The notes under the pieces are model-generated. The model was not told the DNA's origin. It saw only the letters and a program-made list of their open reading frames with translations, and did not search any database. A DNA stretch of 64,000 nt from Candidatus Poribacteria bacterium. Lineage in GTDB: Bacteria > Poribacteria > WGA-4E > UBA9662. Below are positions 38,580 to 49,034 of the stretch, piece by piece; the stretch's first letter is position 1, and each line of letters opens with the position of its first letter. The translations under genes and the position numbers were made by a program. The stretch spans positions 116,980 to 180,979 of the forward strand of contig PAQF01000078.1 in NCBI GenBank assembly GCA_002709695.1, read 5' to 3'.

Positions 38580-40202
38580 ATGGATCTACAACTGGTTAAC
38601 GGAGAAAATGCTATTGCTTGGGGAGCGATAGAAGCGGGAGTTAGTGTTGTCACTGGATATCCCGGATCCCCAGGAACTGGAACGTTTAACGCCTTAGCAG
38701 AAACTGCTGAAGTATATGGGCATCACACTGAATGGTGTATCAACGAGCGTATTGCCTTGGATATAGTAGCAGGTGTGTCCCAAGGAGGGAAGCGGGCGTT
38801 TGTCTGTTTGAAAAGTGTTGGTATGAATGTCGCTTTGGACACACTCATGGTGTTGAATATGACAGGTGTACACGCCGGGCTGGTTATTCTGTTAGGTGAT
38901 GACCCAGGTGCTTGGGGATCCCAAAATGAACAGGATACCCGTTTTATAGCTCCCATGGCAGAGATACCAATGCTCGAACCATCTACACCTAAAGAAGGAC
39001 GTGAGATGATCAAGTGGGCTTTCGAATTCTCAGAACTGCTCCGTACCGTTGTCATTATTCGGATTACGCGAAGTTTCAGTCTAGCGGAAAGTCTTCTCCC
39101 TCCGATTTCTGAACCAGAAGTGAAGTTGTCTTTGTCACCTGACAGGGAAACAATGCGATGGATTTCTGGTCCCAGCAATGCTATGGACAACCACCGCGAA
39201 GTTCACCATAAGATGCAGCAGGCAACTGAACAATTCAGCCATTTGCCTTTCAACAAAATTGAAGGCTCAGGTTCCAAAGGAATTCTTGCTGGTGGTTTTA
39301 CCTACAGCAAGCTAATGGAAGCAATGTCCGGTACAGATACCTCGGACTTATCGATTTTCAAACTGAGTACTCTCTATCCACTTCCTAGGGATTTGTTAAT
39401 TCAATTTTTAGGTCAATGTGAAGAAGTCCTCGTTTTGGAAGAAGTAGACCCCTACTTAGAAGACGCAATCAAAACTGTGGGATATGATGCTGGTCACACA
39501 CCTAAAATACTGGGGAAACGAACGACAGATGTTAATTGGGAAGGGGAGCTTTTCCGGTGGCATATACAGCAGTCACTCGGCACTTACTTGCCTAGTTTCT
39601 TACCAAGTCAATATTATACCCAAGATGGATGGGAAAAGGAGAAACCCGCGCGAAAACCTTATTGTGCGGGGTGTCCTTACGTTGAAATTTTAACTACTCT
39701 TCGCCAAGTAGCTAAAGATTTGGGACAGAATCCATTTCTTTCTGCAGATCCTGGTTGTGCTATCACTGCGGCACATTTATTGGATACAAAGCTTTGCATG
39801 GGGTCCGCAATCGGAGCGGCTGCAGGTCTGCAGAAAGCTGGGATTGACGAACCTGCTATCGCTATTTTTGGTGATTCTGCCTTTTATCATGGTGGTCTCA
39901 ATGCGCTGGTCCACGCTCGCGCGACCAAGTTGAATCTACTAACGATCGTTCTGGACAACGGTGGTGCTGTCACCACCGGTGGTCAAAGCACACCTAACAA
40001 CACACCACCATCTTCTGACGATTCGGAAACAACCATTGGTATTGTTGATCTTGCTTCCTCTTGTGGGGTGAAATTTATCTGGATTATCGAAGACGACGAT
40101 GATACTGAGAAAATGAGTAACGTTTTTCGAGAAGCTTTAACAGTCGAAACCGGACTTAATATGGTTGTTGTTCGAAAATTCTGTAAACCTATTGACGAAT
40201 AG
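38580..40202 (+). CDS. IorA-like thiamine-pyrophosphate enzyme lacking the 2x[4Fe-4S] ferredoxin domain
   Basis: N-terminus ENAIAWGAIEAGVSVVTGYPGSPGTG (PFOR domain I). C-terminal TPP motif GDSAFYHGGLNALVHARATKLNLLTIVLDNGG (GDG-x26-N type) and CAGCPY. No CxxCxxCxxxCP motifs. Confidence 0.6.
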   Translation: MDLQLVNGENAIAWGAIEAGVSVVTGYPGSPGTGTFNALAETAEVYGHHTEWCINERIALDIVAGVSQGGKRAFVCLKSVGMNVALDTLMVLNMTGVHAGLVILLGDDPGAWGSQNEQDTRFIAPMAEIPMLEPSTPKEGREMIKWAFEFSELLRTVVIIRITRSFSLAESLLPPISEPEVKLSLSPDRETMRWISGPSNAMDNHREVHHKMQQATEQFSHLPFNKIEGSGSKGILAGGFTYSKLMEAMSGTDTSDLSIFKLSTLYPLPRDLLIQFLGQCEEVLVLEEVDPYLEDAIKTVGYDAGHTPKILGKRTTDVNWEGELFRWHIQQSLGTYLPSFLPSQYYTQDGWEKEKPARKPYCAGCPYVEILTTLRQVAKDLGQNPFLSADPGCAITAAHLLDTKLCMGSAIGAAAGLQKAGIDEPAIAIFGDSAFYHGGLNALVHARATKLNLLTIVLDNGGAVTTGGQSTPNNTPPSSDDSETTIGIVDLASSCGVKFIWIIEDDDDTEKMSNVFREALTVETGLNMVVVRKFCKPIDE

Positions 40203-40489
40203 TAGTATTTCTGTGAAGTTTAATTGTTTCCTCTGGCAAACTTAAGGTTTCCATTGGACTGGTTATCCATTTACCTAATAATTAATTGAGCGTAATAGTT
40301 GTTGTTTGTGCTTTTTACTTTGCTTGTTTCAATGAGACTCTATGTCTTATCTGGGTGATCGTAAACTTGTAAGAGCTAAATATTCAAAAGGCATGAGTGG
40401 CAATCAGTTTCTATAGAAAGCAACTTCAACGTACAGTCAAAATGTAGGTTCATATCGGAATTAAAAGCGATCGACAGTAATTTTGTCGC

Positions 40490-41638
40490 TTATTCAATCT
40501 GGTTCCAACCAATTCCTTGCCGAATGGCTTCGATTGCCACTTGATAACGCCAACCATCTTGAAAAGTCAAATAACTTTGATGGGGTTGATTGCAAATATC
40601 TGCGATGAAATCAATGACTAGTGCTACCCACATGTTTTGGATAATGTCACCAACTTGAGGCAGATTATTAGTTAATGCTTCTGGTATTGCTAAAGAACTC
40701 GTCTGAGAATTCTCAGTTTTTGAAAGTGAGAATGATAACATTCCCCCTCGCACTATTAAGGTTCCTTCATCACCATAGAAATACCAACCGTTAGTTTCAA
40801 CCGATTCGGCAATCCCACTTGTGACTCGCATCATAACAGGAACAACATTTTCTTTTTCTCTTTGAGAGTTAGGTAAGCTTAGTTTCATCAAGGCTGAAAA
40901 GGAACTTTCCCCATCACAAATCCGCCATTCCATATTGGTTGCGTCTTGAGGACTGATTTTGGTGTCTCGGAATTGCCGAAAGTCGTGTACATTAGTTAGA
41001 ACGGGGGCTCGTTCGTGCCTTTGTTCTGCTTGACCAACAACTGAACTTAGCTTCTTATTCGTTATTCTTTCTAGTATTCCTAACCAGTGTGGGAATCCAT
41101 TGTTAAGCATTCCTCCACCGTGAGATAGGGAGTTCATCCAACTCCAAGATTTTAGCTCTTTAGATTTTGGGTGGGAAGAAATTACATCAATCTGCTGCAA
41201 ATTACCAACTGATTGGTTACTCAACAGTTGATTGACCCAGGTTACACTGGGATGATAACAGTGAGTAGCTGCATAAGCATGTTTAACATTTGCCTCGTTG
41301 ACCAGATGATAAAAGTACTCGGCTTCTTTGGCTGTATTAGCCAATGGCTTGTCGCATAAAATGTGTGCGCCTAGCTCGACAGCCAATTCAATCACTGGAG
41401 CCCTCAAAATAGCAGGTGTGGCCAAAGCGACAATATCAGGTTTTACCTTTTCAAGGGTCTGTTGCCAATTGGTCGAAGCTATTTCTATGTCTAAATTAGA
41501 AGCAATTTTATCAACAACTTCTTGTTTACGAGCGCAGATGGCTGCGACCTTTACTCCACAGTATTGTAAGGCTTTGGTATGGCCTTCACCTGCCCATCCT
41601 GCTCCCACAATAATGGCCTTCAAATTCTGGGGTTTCAT
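40490..41638 (-). CDS. Gfo/Idh/MocA-family oxidoreductase
   Basis: N-terminal Rossmann LKAIIVGAGWAGEGHTKAL and C-terminal alpha/beta domain; 382 aa. Confidence 0.85.
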   Translation of the reverse strand: MKPQNLKAIIVGAGWAGEGHTKALQYCGVKVAAICARKQEVVDKIASNLDIEIASTNWQQTLEKVKPDIVALATPAILRAPVIELAVELGAHILCDKPLANTAKEAEYFYHLVNEANVKHAYAATHCYHPSVTWVNQLLSNQSVGNLQQIDVISSHPKSKELKSWSWMNSLSHGGGMLNNGFPHWLGILERITNKKLSSVVGQAEQRHERAPVLTNVHDFRQFRDTKISPQDATNMEWRICDGESSFSALMKLSLPNSQREKENVVPVMMRVTSGIAESVETNGWYFYGDEGTLIVRGGMLSFSLSKTENSQTSSLAIPEALTNNLPQVGDIIQNMWVALVIDFIADICNQPHQSYLTFQDGWRYQVAIEAIRQGIGWNQIE

Positions 41639-42240
41639 ATTAGTAACCTCTATTGTTTTTTTACAATACCTAGAGTCGATTTGACAAACCAGAAATCCAG
41701 TGGACTTTCGTACAATTCGATGATATCAGAGGATCATATTATATTAACGATGAGAAGGAGTGTCAATTATTAGAAATTGGACAATGGCTGTCTACTTGTG
41801 AGTAGAGCAAATTTGGATTTTACACTTTGAGTTTCAAACATAATCTAATCAACTCTAAACTTAGGAACCCATTGCAAAAAAATGGATTAGAATTCGTTGG
41901 AGTAGGGGATTGAGAATTTATGCTATTATGTCATATTTCTTGCTGGAAATTGGGGGCTCTGGTTAGTGTTTCAAGATTAACCAGAGTACAAGCACAGTAC
42001 ATACATTTCCATTATGGATTCGTTTAGGTAGCCATTTTATTCTTAGAGGCGTCCATATTTAATTATGTTTTATTGAATAATCCTTGGATTTCTTTGCTTG
42101 AATGAGTGATTTCAAATATTGTCTCTAAGAAGCGGGTGCAATTAAAAGAATCACTACTGAGTGTATGGATGAATACCTTTAGTGAAACCATAATTCGATT
42201 GATGCATAATGAATCTTATTTCTTTTAATAGGTCCTAAAT

Positions 42241-42256
42241 TATGTTAGAATACGCT
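42241..42256 (+). promoter_or_regulatory. Shared motif TATGTTAGAATACGCT (extended -10-like TGnTAGAAT) upstream of the PhyH gene
   Basis: 15 of 16 nt identical to the motif at 44731-44746. Confidence 0.4.
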
Positions 42257-42395
42257 TTCTTATTCCAATTAGCTATCTCCTAAATAATCCAACCCCCAGA
42301 ATGGTCTGTAATTCAGAATTTATTGGGCAGGTAACAAGTATAGGGGGCCGATTGTAGCCTCTTAAACACGATATTTATATGGAACTGGATTTAGA

Positions 42396-43211
42396 ATGAC
42401 CAAAGTATATGATTGCCAACCGACCCTTACTGATTCGCAGGTATTTTCTTTTTGTCGCGACGGATACTTAATGTTGGAGGGGGTTGTACCAAACGAAATC
42501 AATCAAAAAACGAATGAGTTTATTGAGCAAAATGGGCATAGGCCACTATTGGAAGAAGATTGGTTCATTGAACAAATCTTTCTGAATTCTGAGGTAGTTG
42601 GTGTCATAAGGTCTCTTTTAGGAGCCAATTTTGCATTGCCCATTAAATTGCCTAATCATCGAGCCAAATGTCCTCTGCCTTCCCAAAGTTGGCATCGAGA
42701 TGGTGGTTCTCGTTACGGCTGTGAATTGAATCACCTGCAAGTCTTCTATTATCCACAAGATACACCGGCAGAATTGGGGCCAACAGAAGTCTTACCAGGT
42801 TCACATTTCCTCTTTTCCTTGGGAAGTTGGATGGGCCACTATGAGGCCATACGTGGTTCTGTTTTGACTAGTGCACCAGCAGGTTCAATTTATATTACTG
42901 CATATTCGATCTGGCATCGGCGTGGGGTTTCTACAGCCACAGGCATACGTAATATGTTGAAGTATATATATTGGAGAACCACTCCTCCTGAGCATGATTG
43001 GATTAAGGAACCTGATTTCAACCATCGCCCACCTGCTAATTTTACCATGCCATCTGTTCAGCAACAACATCGCAATTGGTATGATGCTGCTGAAATGTAT
43101 TATTGGTTATGCGGTAGTAAGGAAAAACTTGAAGCTATGGTTGGAGACAAAGAATGGCCACCGGGTTATCCTGTTCCCCATTGGACCCCAGAGAACTATC
43201 ACAATTTCTAA
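42396..43211 (+). CDS. Phytanoyl-CoA dioxygenase (PhyH) family protein
   Basis: WHRDGGSRYG (HxD), LPGSHFLFS, YSIWHRRG. Confidence 0.75.
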   Translation: MTKVYDCQPTLTDSQVFSFCRDGYLMLEGVVPNEINQKTNEFIEQNGHRPLLEEDWFIEQIFLNSEVVGVIRSLLGANFALPIKLPNHRAKCPLPSQSWHRDGGSRYGCELNHLQVFYYPQDTPAELGPTEVLPGSHFLFSLGSWMGHYEAIRGSVLTSAPAGSIYITAYSIWHRRGVSTATGIRNMLKYIYWRTTPPEHDWIKEPDFNHRPPANFTMPSVQQQHRNWYDAAEMYYWLCGSKEKLEAMVGDKEWPPGYPVPHWTPENYHNF

Positions 43212-43304
43212 TAGAACTGAAAAAACGTTCCGTCCTGAATCACATGGCTTGAAGATCCTTACCATAGTTCCACTAGATTTTCCTCCCATATCTATGCATA
43301 GTGA

Positions 43305-44618
43305 ATGACTGATCAAAATCAAACCGACGAAAAAGCGTTTCTTATTGGAGTAATTAATGGCGCTCTGTGGAACGTTGTTACTGCTGTTATCCAACCCGAG
43401 CTTGTGTTATCAGCTTTTATTCTTAGGTTAAGAAACTCCGTAGTTTTAACAACTCTGCCTTTTGTTATCATGCGTCTTACGCACATGATTTCAAGCCTAC
43501 TTATCTCAAATATTGCTGAGACATGGCCACGGAAAAAAATATTCTATGTTGCAGGAGGGAGTTTCCGTGTCATCATGTTATGTCTAATTTCCCTCGCAAC
43601 TTATACCTTGGGGAAAAACTGGCCGAATCTCTTGCTATGGGTGTTTTTAGTTCTTTTGGGGTTCTATGCAGCTGGAATTGGGTCTAGTAGTATAGGTTTT
43701 AACGAAATTATTGCAAAAACCATTTCCTTCCGGAGACGGGGGCAATTGATGGGGCTACGTGGCTTTTTCGGTGGCTTGGTTGGTATTGTGAGTGGTTTCT
43801 ATGTTAGATTCATGTTGGGTGACGCAGGTCCCTCTTTCCCGCAAAATTACGCCTGCTTATATGCTACAGCGGCGTTTTTTCTTGGTTGTTGTGTCTTTAG
43901 TTTCGCGTTGGTTAATGAGCCTGCTGGGTATGTCAACACCAAGCGGGCTTCTGTATATCAGCATATTATTCAAGGCATCAGTATTTTAAAAACGGATCAG
44001 AACTTTAAGTTCCAGTATCTGAATAATTTAATGCAAGCGATGGCCATCATTGGGCCAGCCGTTTACTACCCTTATGCTATAAAGTTGCTTGGGGTACCTG
44101 AATCATTCGTTGGTAGTTTGCTCATACTTTCCGCTGCCCTTACTCTTCCAACAAACTTTCTTTGGAGCTATATAGGAGACAAACATGGAAATCGCCTTCT
44201 TTTGTTGATAAATACTTGTGTTTTTGTACTTTCACCAATCTTGATCCTTCTATCCGGATATTTGATGCGAACACCGCTGGCTGCTGTGAGTTGGAATACG
44301 GGACTGGGTTTTATCACCCCAGTTCGTATTTGTCTGATTTTGGCCTACGCTATTTTTACCATGACGAATATTGGAGGAATGATTGGCAGAATGAATTACC
44401 TTTTGGAAATTGCTCCCGATGGACGTCGTCCATCCTATATTGCTTTTATGAATATTATGCTTACACCAGCGGCTGCTTTTCCCTTGATTGGTGGAATGGT
44501 CTCGGAAAATTTATCGTTCCAAGCGAATTTTTTACTATCGTTTACCCTGAGCTTGGTTGCCTTGTATTATGCATACCGATTAGGAGAACCTCGCAATCAG
44601 CAAATAAATGGAAGATGA
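43305..44618 (+). CDS. MFS-like multi-pass membrane transporter
   Basis: ~12 predicted hydrophobic helices, a basic loop ETWPRKKIFYVAGG after TM2, and a basic central loop. Confidence 0.55.
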   Translation: MTDQNQTDEKAFLIGVINGALWNVVTAVIQPELVLSAFILRLRNSVVLTTLPFVIMRLTHMISSLLISNIAETWPRKKIFYVAGGSFRVIMLCLISLATYTLGKNWPNLLLWVFLVLLGFYAAGIGSSSIGFNEIIAKTISFRRRGQLMGLRGFFGGLVGIVSGFYVRFMLGDAGPSFPQNYACLYATAAFFLGCCVFSFALVNEPAGYVNTKRASVYQHIIQGISILKTDQNFKFQYLNNLMQAMAIIGPAVYYPYAIKLLGVPESFVGSLLILSAALTLPTNFLWSYIGDKHGNRLLLLINTCVFVLSPILILLSGYLMRTPLAAVSWNTGLGFITPVRICLILAYAIFTMTNIGGMIGRMNYLLEIAPDGRRPSYIAFMNIMLTPAAAFPLIGGMVSENLSFQANFLLSFTLSLVALYYAYRLGEPRNQQINGR

Positions 44619-44730
44619 ATGCTAAGCAGTAGCCAATCTCTGATAATAGTTTATATGGGTTGTTAACTCTGTGAAAAAGTAAGATTTAGCTAGTAAGGTT
44701 CTCCTGTCCCTTTGCTCCGAGATGATTAGT

Positions 44731-44746
44731 TATGCTAGAATACGCT
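44731..44746 (+). promoter_or_regulatory. Shared motif TATGCTAGAATACGCT (extended -10-like) upstream of the Gfo/Idh/MocA gene
   Basis: 15 of 16 nt identical to the motif at 42241-42256; ~45 nt upstream of the start codon. Confidence 0.4.
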
Positions 44747-44791
44747 AACAATGAACAGATTCTATTTTCAAATCTATAAAGGAGTATTTGT

Positions 44792-45865
44792 GTGAATCAA
44801 AAAACCTATCGAGTTGGTGCTATTGGGCATAGTGGGGCAGGTAATTTCGGTCACCAAATCCATTTGGCCTACAGAGGTCTGGATAATGTTCAGTTTGTCA
44901 GTGTTGCAGATCCAAATCCAGATGGTCGTGAAAAAGCTGCCCAAGAGGCTGGGGCAACATCAAGTTATGCTGATTATAATGAAATGTTGATTGAGGAAGA
45001 TCTAGATATTGTTAGTGTGTGTCCGCGTTGGGGCACCGAGCGTTTAGATATGGTATTAGCCTGCTTAAATAATGGTTGTCATGTATATTGTGAAAAACCT
45101 ATGACAATGACCTTGGCTGATGGCGATCAAATTGTACAAACTGCAAAAGCAAATAACCTCAAAGTTGCCGTTGCTCATCAAGCCGTTTATTTGCCTCGTC
45201 TACATCAACTCAGACAGCTAATCGAAAATGGGAAAATTGGAGAGGTCGAAGTTGTGAGTGCAACAGGGAAACAGGATCACAGAGGCGGTGGTGAAGATAT
45301 GATTGTACTTGGTACTCATTTGTTTAATATGATGAGATTTTTTGTTGGAGACGTTAATTGGATGTCATCTCACGTAATTGAAGATGGGGATGAAATTGTT
45401 GCGTCCTCTGGGAGAGAGGCCAATGAACCAGTTGGCAAAATTGCCGGCGATTGTATTCGTAGTTACTTTGCTTTCAAAAGTGGTGTTTCTGGTTACTTTC
45501 AGTCTAAGAAAGATCGGGCACAGGGAGAACAGACTTACGGCATGAACATCGTTGGAACTGAAGGTGTTATTTCCTTGCTAGGTGGTGCTGCTGAGAACTT
45601 ATCCCTTTATCCTTATCGATATTTTAATCCGACGAACCAAGACCAAAGTTGGGAAATTATCCAACTGGAAAGCAACCAGTTAATGGAAGGGAATCGTCTG
45701 GCAGCACTTGACTTGATTCGAGCAATTGAAAATGACAACGAGCCTATTTCCAGCGCCGCAGATGCAGTAGCAGCCTTGGAGATGATTCATGGCGCTTACG
45801 TATCCCAAATTTCCGAGTCAAGGGTCTACTTTCCTGTTTCCGACCGGTTACATCCTTTAAATTGA
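44792..45865 (+). CDS. Gfo/Idh/MocA-family oxidoreductase
   Basis: YRVGAIGHSGAGNFGHQIH Rossmann, EKPMTMTLADGDQIV; 357 aa; GTG start. Confidence 0.85.
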   Translation: MNQKTYRVGAIGHSGAGNFGHQIHLAYRGLDNVQFVSVADPNPDGREKAAQEAGATSSYADYNEMLIEEDLDIVSVCPRWGTERLDMVLACLNNGCHVYCEKPMTMTLADGDQIVQTAKANNLKVAVAHQAVYLPRLHQLRQLIENGKIGEVEVVSATGKQDHRGGGEDMIVLGTHLFNMMRFFVGDVNWMSSHVIEDGDEIVASSGREANEPVGKIAGDCIRSYFAFKSGVSGYFQSKKDRAQGEQTYGMNIVGTEGVISLLGGAAENLSLYPYRYFNPTNQDQSWEIIQLESNQLMEGNRLAALDLIRAIENDNEPISSAADAVAALEMIHGAYVSQISESRVYFPVSDRLHPLN

Positions 45866-46030
45866 TCTGTAATTTTCCTTGTTAGGATTGAATAACATAT
45901 CTTGTGATGGTACCTGTTGACTTGTTATTTTTAAATGCCACCGCATATCATAAAATCAAGATTAATATATTTTTGTAATACTGTAACAGAGTTATTAAAT
46001 GGGAAAAGAAACAGTCTGTACTAATAGTTT

Positions 46031-47521
46031 TTAGGGGTTGTCAAGCTGAGCTATTGCATTTAAATAATTTGAAATTTGTTGTTGGTAACGAACAGGGATA
46101 CGATCTCTTTCTATTGCTTCAGCATAATTTTGTTTGGCATTCAAATATGCTCTTTGAAATGTGATGTATTTGGGCTCAATACTGCTATCAGAGTTTTGAG
46201 ACACAAAAACCCGCGAAAGTCCTTGGCGATCAGATGAAATAGTATTTAATTTGAGATCAACATTGTTAGTATCCTTAGGAAAGATAAAATCTCTATCTAA
46301 CTGTGTTGGTATTGACGTCGGTGTATCCTGGGTAGCATCGAAATTTTGCTTATTGGGTTTCCAACGATTATTGTCCGATTGGGTTACTATTCCTTGTGTA
46401 TCACCTGTTACAGATTTCTGACTAGGATGGCCACTGCCATCGGCAACGCTGCTACCACTTTGATTCATTTCAATTCCAGCTAGTGCTATACGCCTTCGGC
46501 CTTCCCGAATTCGGTTTAGCGTTTCCTCTATTGCCATTAAATGCTGAAGTTTCTGGTCTAGATCAAGTAGTGCGTCTGCCATACGTTTTAACTTCTCAGC
46601 GCTGACTACTTCTGGTTGTAAATTTGAGAGTTCGTCTTTGATTTCACTGGGTATATGTTTTTGTTCTAAAGCTTTCGCAATCTTTTGTAATTTTTGTTTG
46701 AGTTCATTTCTTTGTTCATCATTCAGTGCATCAAATTGGTTAGCTAATTTATCGAGATTTGAGGCTAAATTCCCCATGGTCGTTTGGGTTACTTCATAAG
46801 TAGCTTTTCGGGTTTCTTTGAGTTGTTTGGTTTTAAATTCCCGTTTTTGTCGCTGCGCTTGATCTTGGAGTTGACTCAAGCGAGCTTGTGCTTGTAGGCT
46901 CGTTATGTGTTTATCTTTTAATTTATTGATTGTTTCCTGAATTTCTGCGTCCAATTGGTTTTTGTCGTCAAAACCTATGAGATTTTCAAATTGGCTGACG
47001 GTTTGATCAATGGCTTGTCTTTCGGCTGTAGTTGGTAGTTTCGGTTGATTTTGCTCCTCATTGATAAAGAAAGAGAGACAAATTAAGGTAATTGGAATTG
47101 GAATCAATTTCCATGAAGCCGGCACTTTAAATGGGAAATCGGAGGATAATACAATTTTCTCAGCTTCATTTGCTGCATCATGTAGTTGAGCCTCATCAAA
47201 GTCGAGGTGGTCTTTCCTACGTAAAATGCAAACTGATGTACTTAGACGATCTTTCAGTTTCAAACGATCATCAGTAATCCTAGCGACTTGCAGAAGCTCA
47301 AGTTTTCGTGAAACAATAACAATTAAGATTCCAGTCAATAGAACAATTAAAGCAATTGGCAAATTAATGGGCAAACGGACAAACCTATTTACTGTCAATA
47401 GAATCCAAACCAGTGTTAGCCCACAGATTCCATAACGGGTACAATTATAGATAAGTTGATTATGGTAAAACCGTCGCTGAATTAGAACCAATTTGTTTAG
47501 TACAGATGATCTATTGTCCAT
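46031..47521 (-). CDS. Hypothetical membrane-anchored coiled-coil protein
   Basis: Two N-terminal hydrophobic helices, a third helix (LIPIPITLICLSFFI), then ~250 aa of Q/K/E-rich heptads and a Ser/Thr/Asn-rich tail. No recognisable catalytic motif. Confidence 0.45.
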   Translation of the reverse strand: MDNRSSVLNKLVLIQRRFYHNQLIYNCTRYGICGLTLVWILLTVNRFVRLPINLPIALIVLLTGILIVIVSRKLELLQVARITDDRLKLKDRLSTSVCILRRKDHLDFDEAQLHDAANEAEKIVLSSDFPFKVPASWKLIPIPITLICLSFFINEEQNQPKLPTTAERQAIDQTVSQFENLIGFDDKNQLDAEIQETINKLKDKHITSLQAQARLSQLQDQAQRQKREFKTKQLKETRKATYEVTQTTMGNLASNLDKLANQFDALNDEQRNELKQKLQKIAKALEQKHIPSEIKDELSNLQPEVVSAEKLKRMADALLDLDQKLQHLMAIEETLNRIREGRRRIALAGIEMNQSGSSVADGSGHPSQKSVTGDTQGIVTQSDNNRWKPNKQNFDATQDTPTSIPTQLDRDFIFPKDTNNVDLKLNTISSDRQGLSRVFVSQNSDSSIEPKYITFQRAYLNAKQNYAEAIERDRIPVRYQQQISNYLNAIAQLDNP

Positions 47522-47795
47522 TAATTTGTTTCTTCTCGTTTAAATTAGTTTTGCCTTTTCTCTAAAAATTTTTGACTATCATTATTTTATCTGGTCTGAA
47601 GTTTTTATGTTTATATTTCTCTATATGTTTTTGTTGGGGAATGCTTGTTTAAGTGTTTGTTTTGCAGTCTTCACCGATGTATTCATTCAATACAACTAAT
47701 ACTAGTACCTGTAACTTCCTGTTTAAAAAACCAAGTTTCCTCGATTGTTAAACGCACTTTTTGAACTGCCGAATCTAGATTTATTCTCTTGCCAG

Positions 47796-49034
47796 CTAAA
47801 TATTGATGATTTCTATAGGGGTAGTATAACCACCTGCAATATGGGTTTCCAACCATTCTGGATCATCATTTCGAGGTAATGATAATACTGGTTTCCCTTT
47901 GCAACTCAAACGGTACAGTAACCGAGCATCATCAACCGAGTTAATATTTACTTTAGCTGGCGGAGAATTATGCAGCGTCATGTAATTGTCCCATAGAGTT
48001 ATGTCACCTGGCCGATGTAGGTGATCATAACGGAATTGTTCTTGGAGCACATGATCTTCAAGTCGGTCTAAAAAAGCACGGGACTTGCTTTGTGACATGC
48101 CATCGACTTCCACGGGAGGCCTTACACGAGGACGCGAAGCCCAGATTGGGCTATGGAACGACTTAATGCCAGAGCGAGGATTGGTGCGAACTAATGGTGC
48201 TAACCATCCTTCATCTGATTGATTTAATCGTCTTCGTAGTTGTATTTGTTCTAAGGCGAGTTGTTCTGAAGAAGGTAGGGCAGCAAAAGCAGATGCGGTG
48301 TCGACAAATGCCGTTTCACCATTTAAGGGAAGGCGCATTCGTTTCTGCATAAGTTCGTTGCAAGATCCCTCTAAATAAGGGGTAGTTGCGTTAGGTGCCT
48401 CCACCCAGTTTTTCCCCAGAGCGTTCCGAGATACAGGTGACTGATGGACCAAGAACATAGAAACATAAATAGGTAATGGTTCATACTCAATGTCTGTATG
48501 CCACGAACCTCCAGAACTGACTCGGATAGGGTTTTTATCATCTTGTACTCCGGTAATTTTTCCGCTGAAGTTGGAGACAAGCAATACGGCTGGTGATTGA
48601 TGAGGTAGGCACTGCAATTGGTTAGGGAATGTTAGATTGACTGCCGATACTCGTCGTTTTTCAAATGGAATCAACTCGAATGCTCCATTACTGTCTCCAT
48701 CAGACTGTGCTGGTTTCCCTCCGCGTAGGAAATTATTAGGGTGTGGCACGGGGGCTCCCCAGTAATTAGCAAATCGTTCAAAGTGAGCTAGTGAAAAGGT
48801 CGTTAGGTCTTGACCTGCTATGCAGATAATGCGGAATTGACTTAAGGCATCTAGCAAAAAAGTAATCTGCTCCGGATTCAATCGACCACACATATTTAGA
48901 CCAAAAAAGCGTAGTCCAGCACCACTGGCGGCCAATGGTCCTTCGCTATACGTGTCTTCACCAAATAGTCTACGTAATTGTTCATCCCAATGTTGCAGTT
49001 TCGCTTTTGGTTGCAGTTTCGCTTTTGGATTCAT
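47796..49034 (-). CDS. TauD/TfdA-family Fe(II)/2-oxoglutarate dioxygenase
   Basis: WHTDIEYEPLP (HxD), GETAFVD, WDNYMTLH distal His. The N-terminus contains the tandem repeat PKAKLQPKAKLQ. Confidence 0.7.
   Translation of the reverse strand: MNPKAKLQPKAKLQHWDEQLRRLFGEDTYSEGPLAASGAGLRFFGLNMCGRLNPEQITFLLDALSQFRIICIAGQDLTTFSLAHFERFANYWGAPVPHPNNFLRGGKPAQSDGDSNGAFELIPFEKRRVSAVNLTFPNQLQCLPHQSPAVLLVSNFSGKITGVQDDKNPIRVSSGGSWHTDIEYEPLPIYVSMFLVHQSPVSRNALGKNWVEAPNATTPYLEGSCNELMQKRMRLPLNGETAFVDTASAFAALPSSEQLALEQIQLRRRLNQSDEGWLAPLVRTNPRSGIKSFHSPIWASRPRVRPPVEVDGMSQSKSRAFLDRLEDHVLQEQFRYDHLHRPGDITLWDNYMTLHNSPPAKVNINSVDDARLLYRLSCKGKPVLSLPRNDDPEWLETHIAGGYTTPIEIINI
48998..49033. repeat. Perfect 18-bp tandem duplication (TTGCAGTTTCGCTTTTGG x2) within the first codons of the TauD-family gene
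   Basis: Plus-strand TTGCAGTTTCGCTTTTGGTTGCAGTTTCGCTTTTGG immediately precedes ATTCAT (start codon on the minus strand). Confidence 0.8.
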
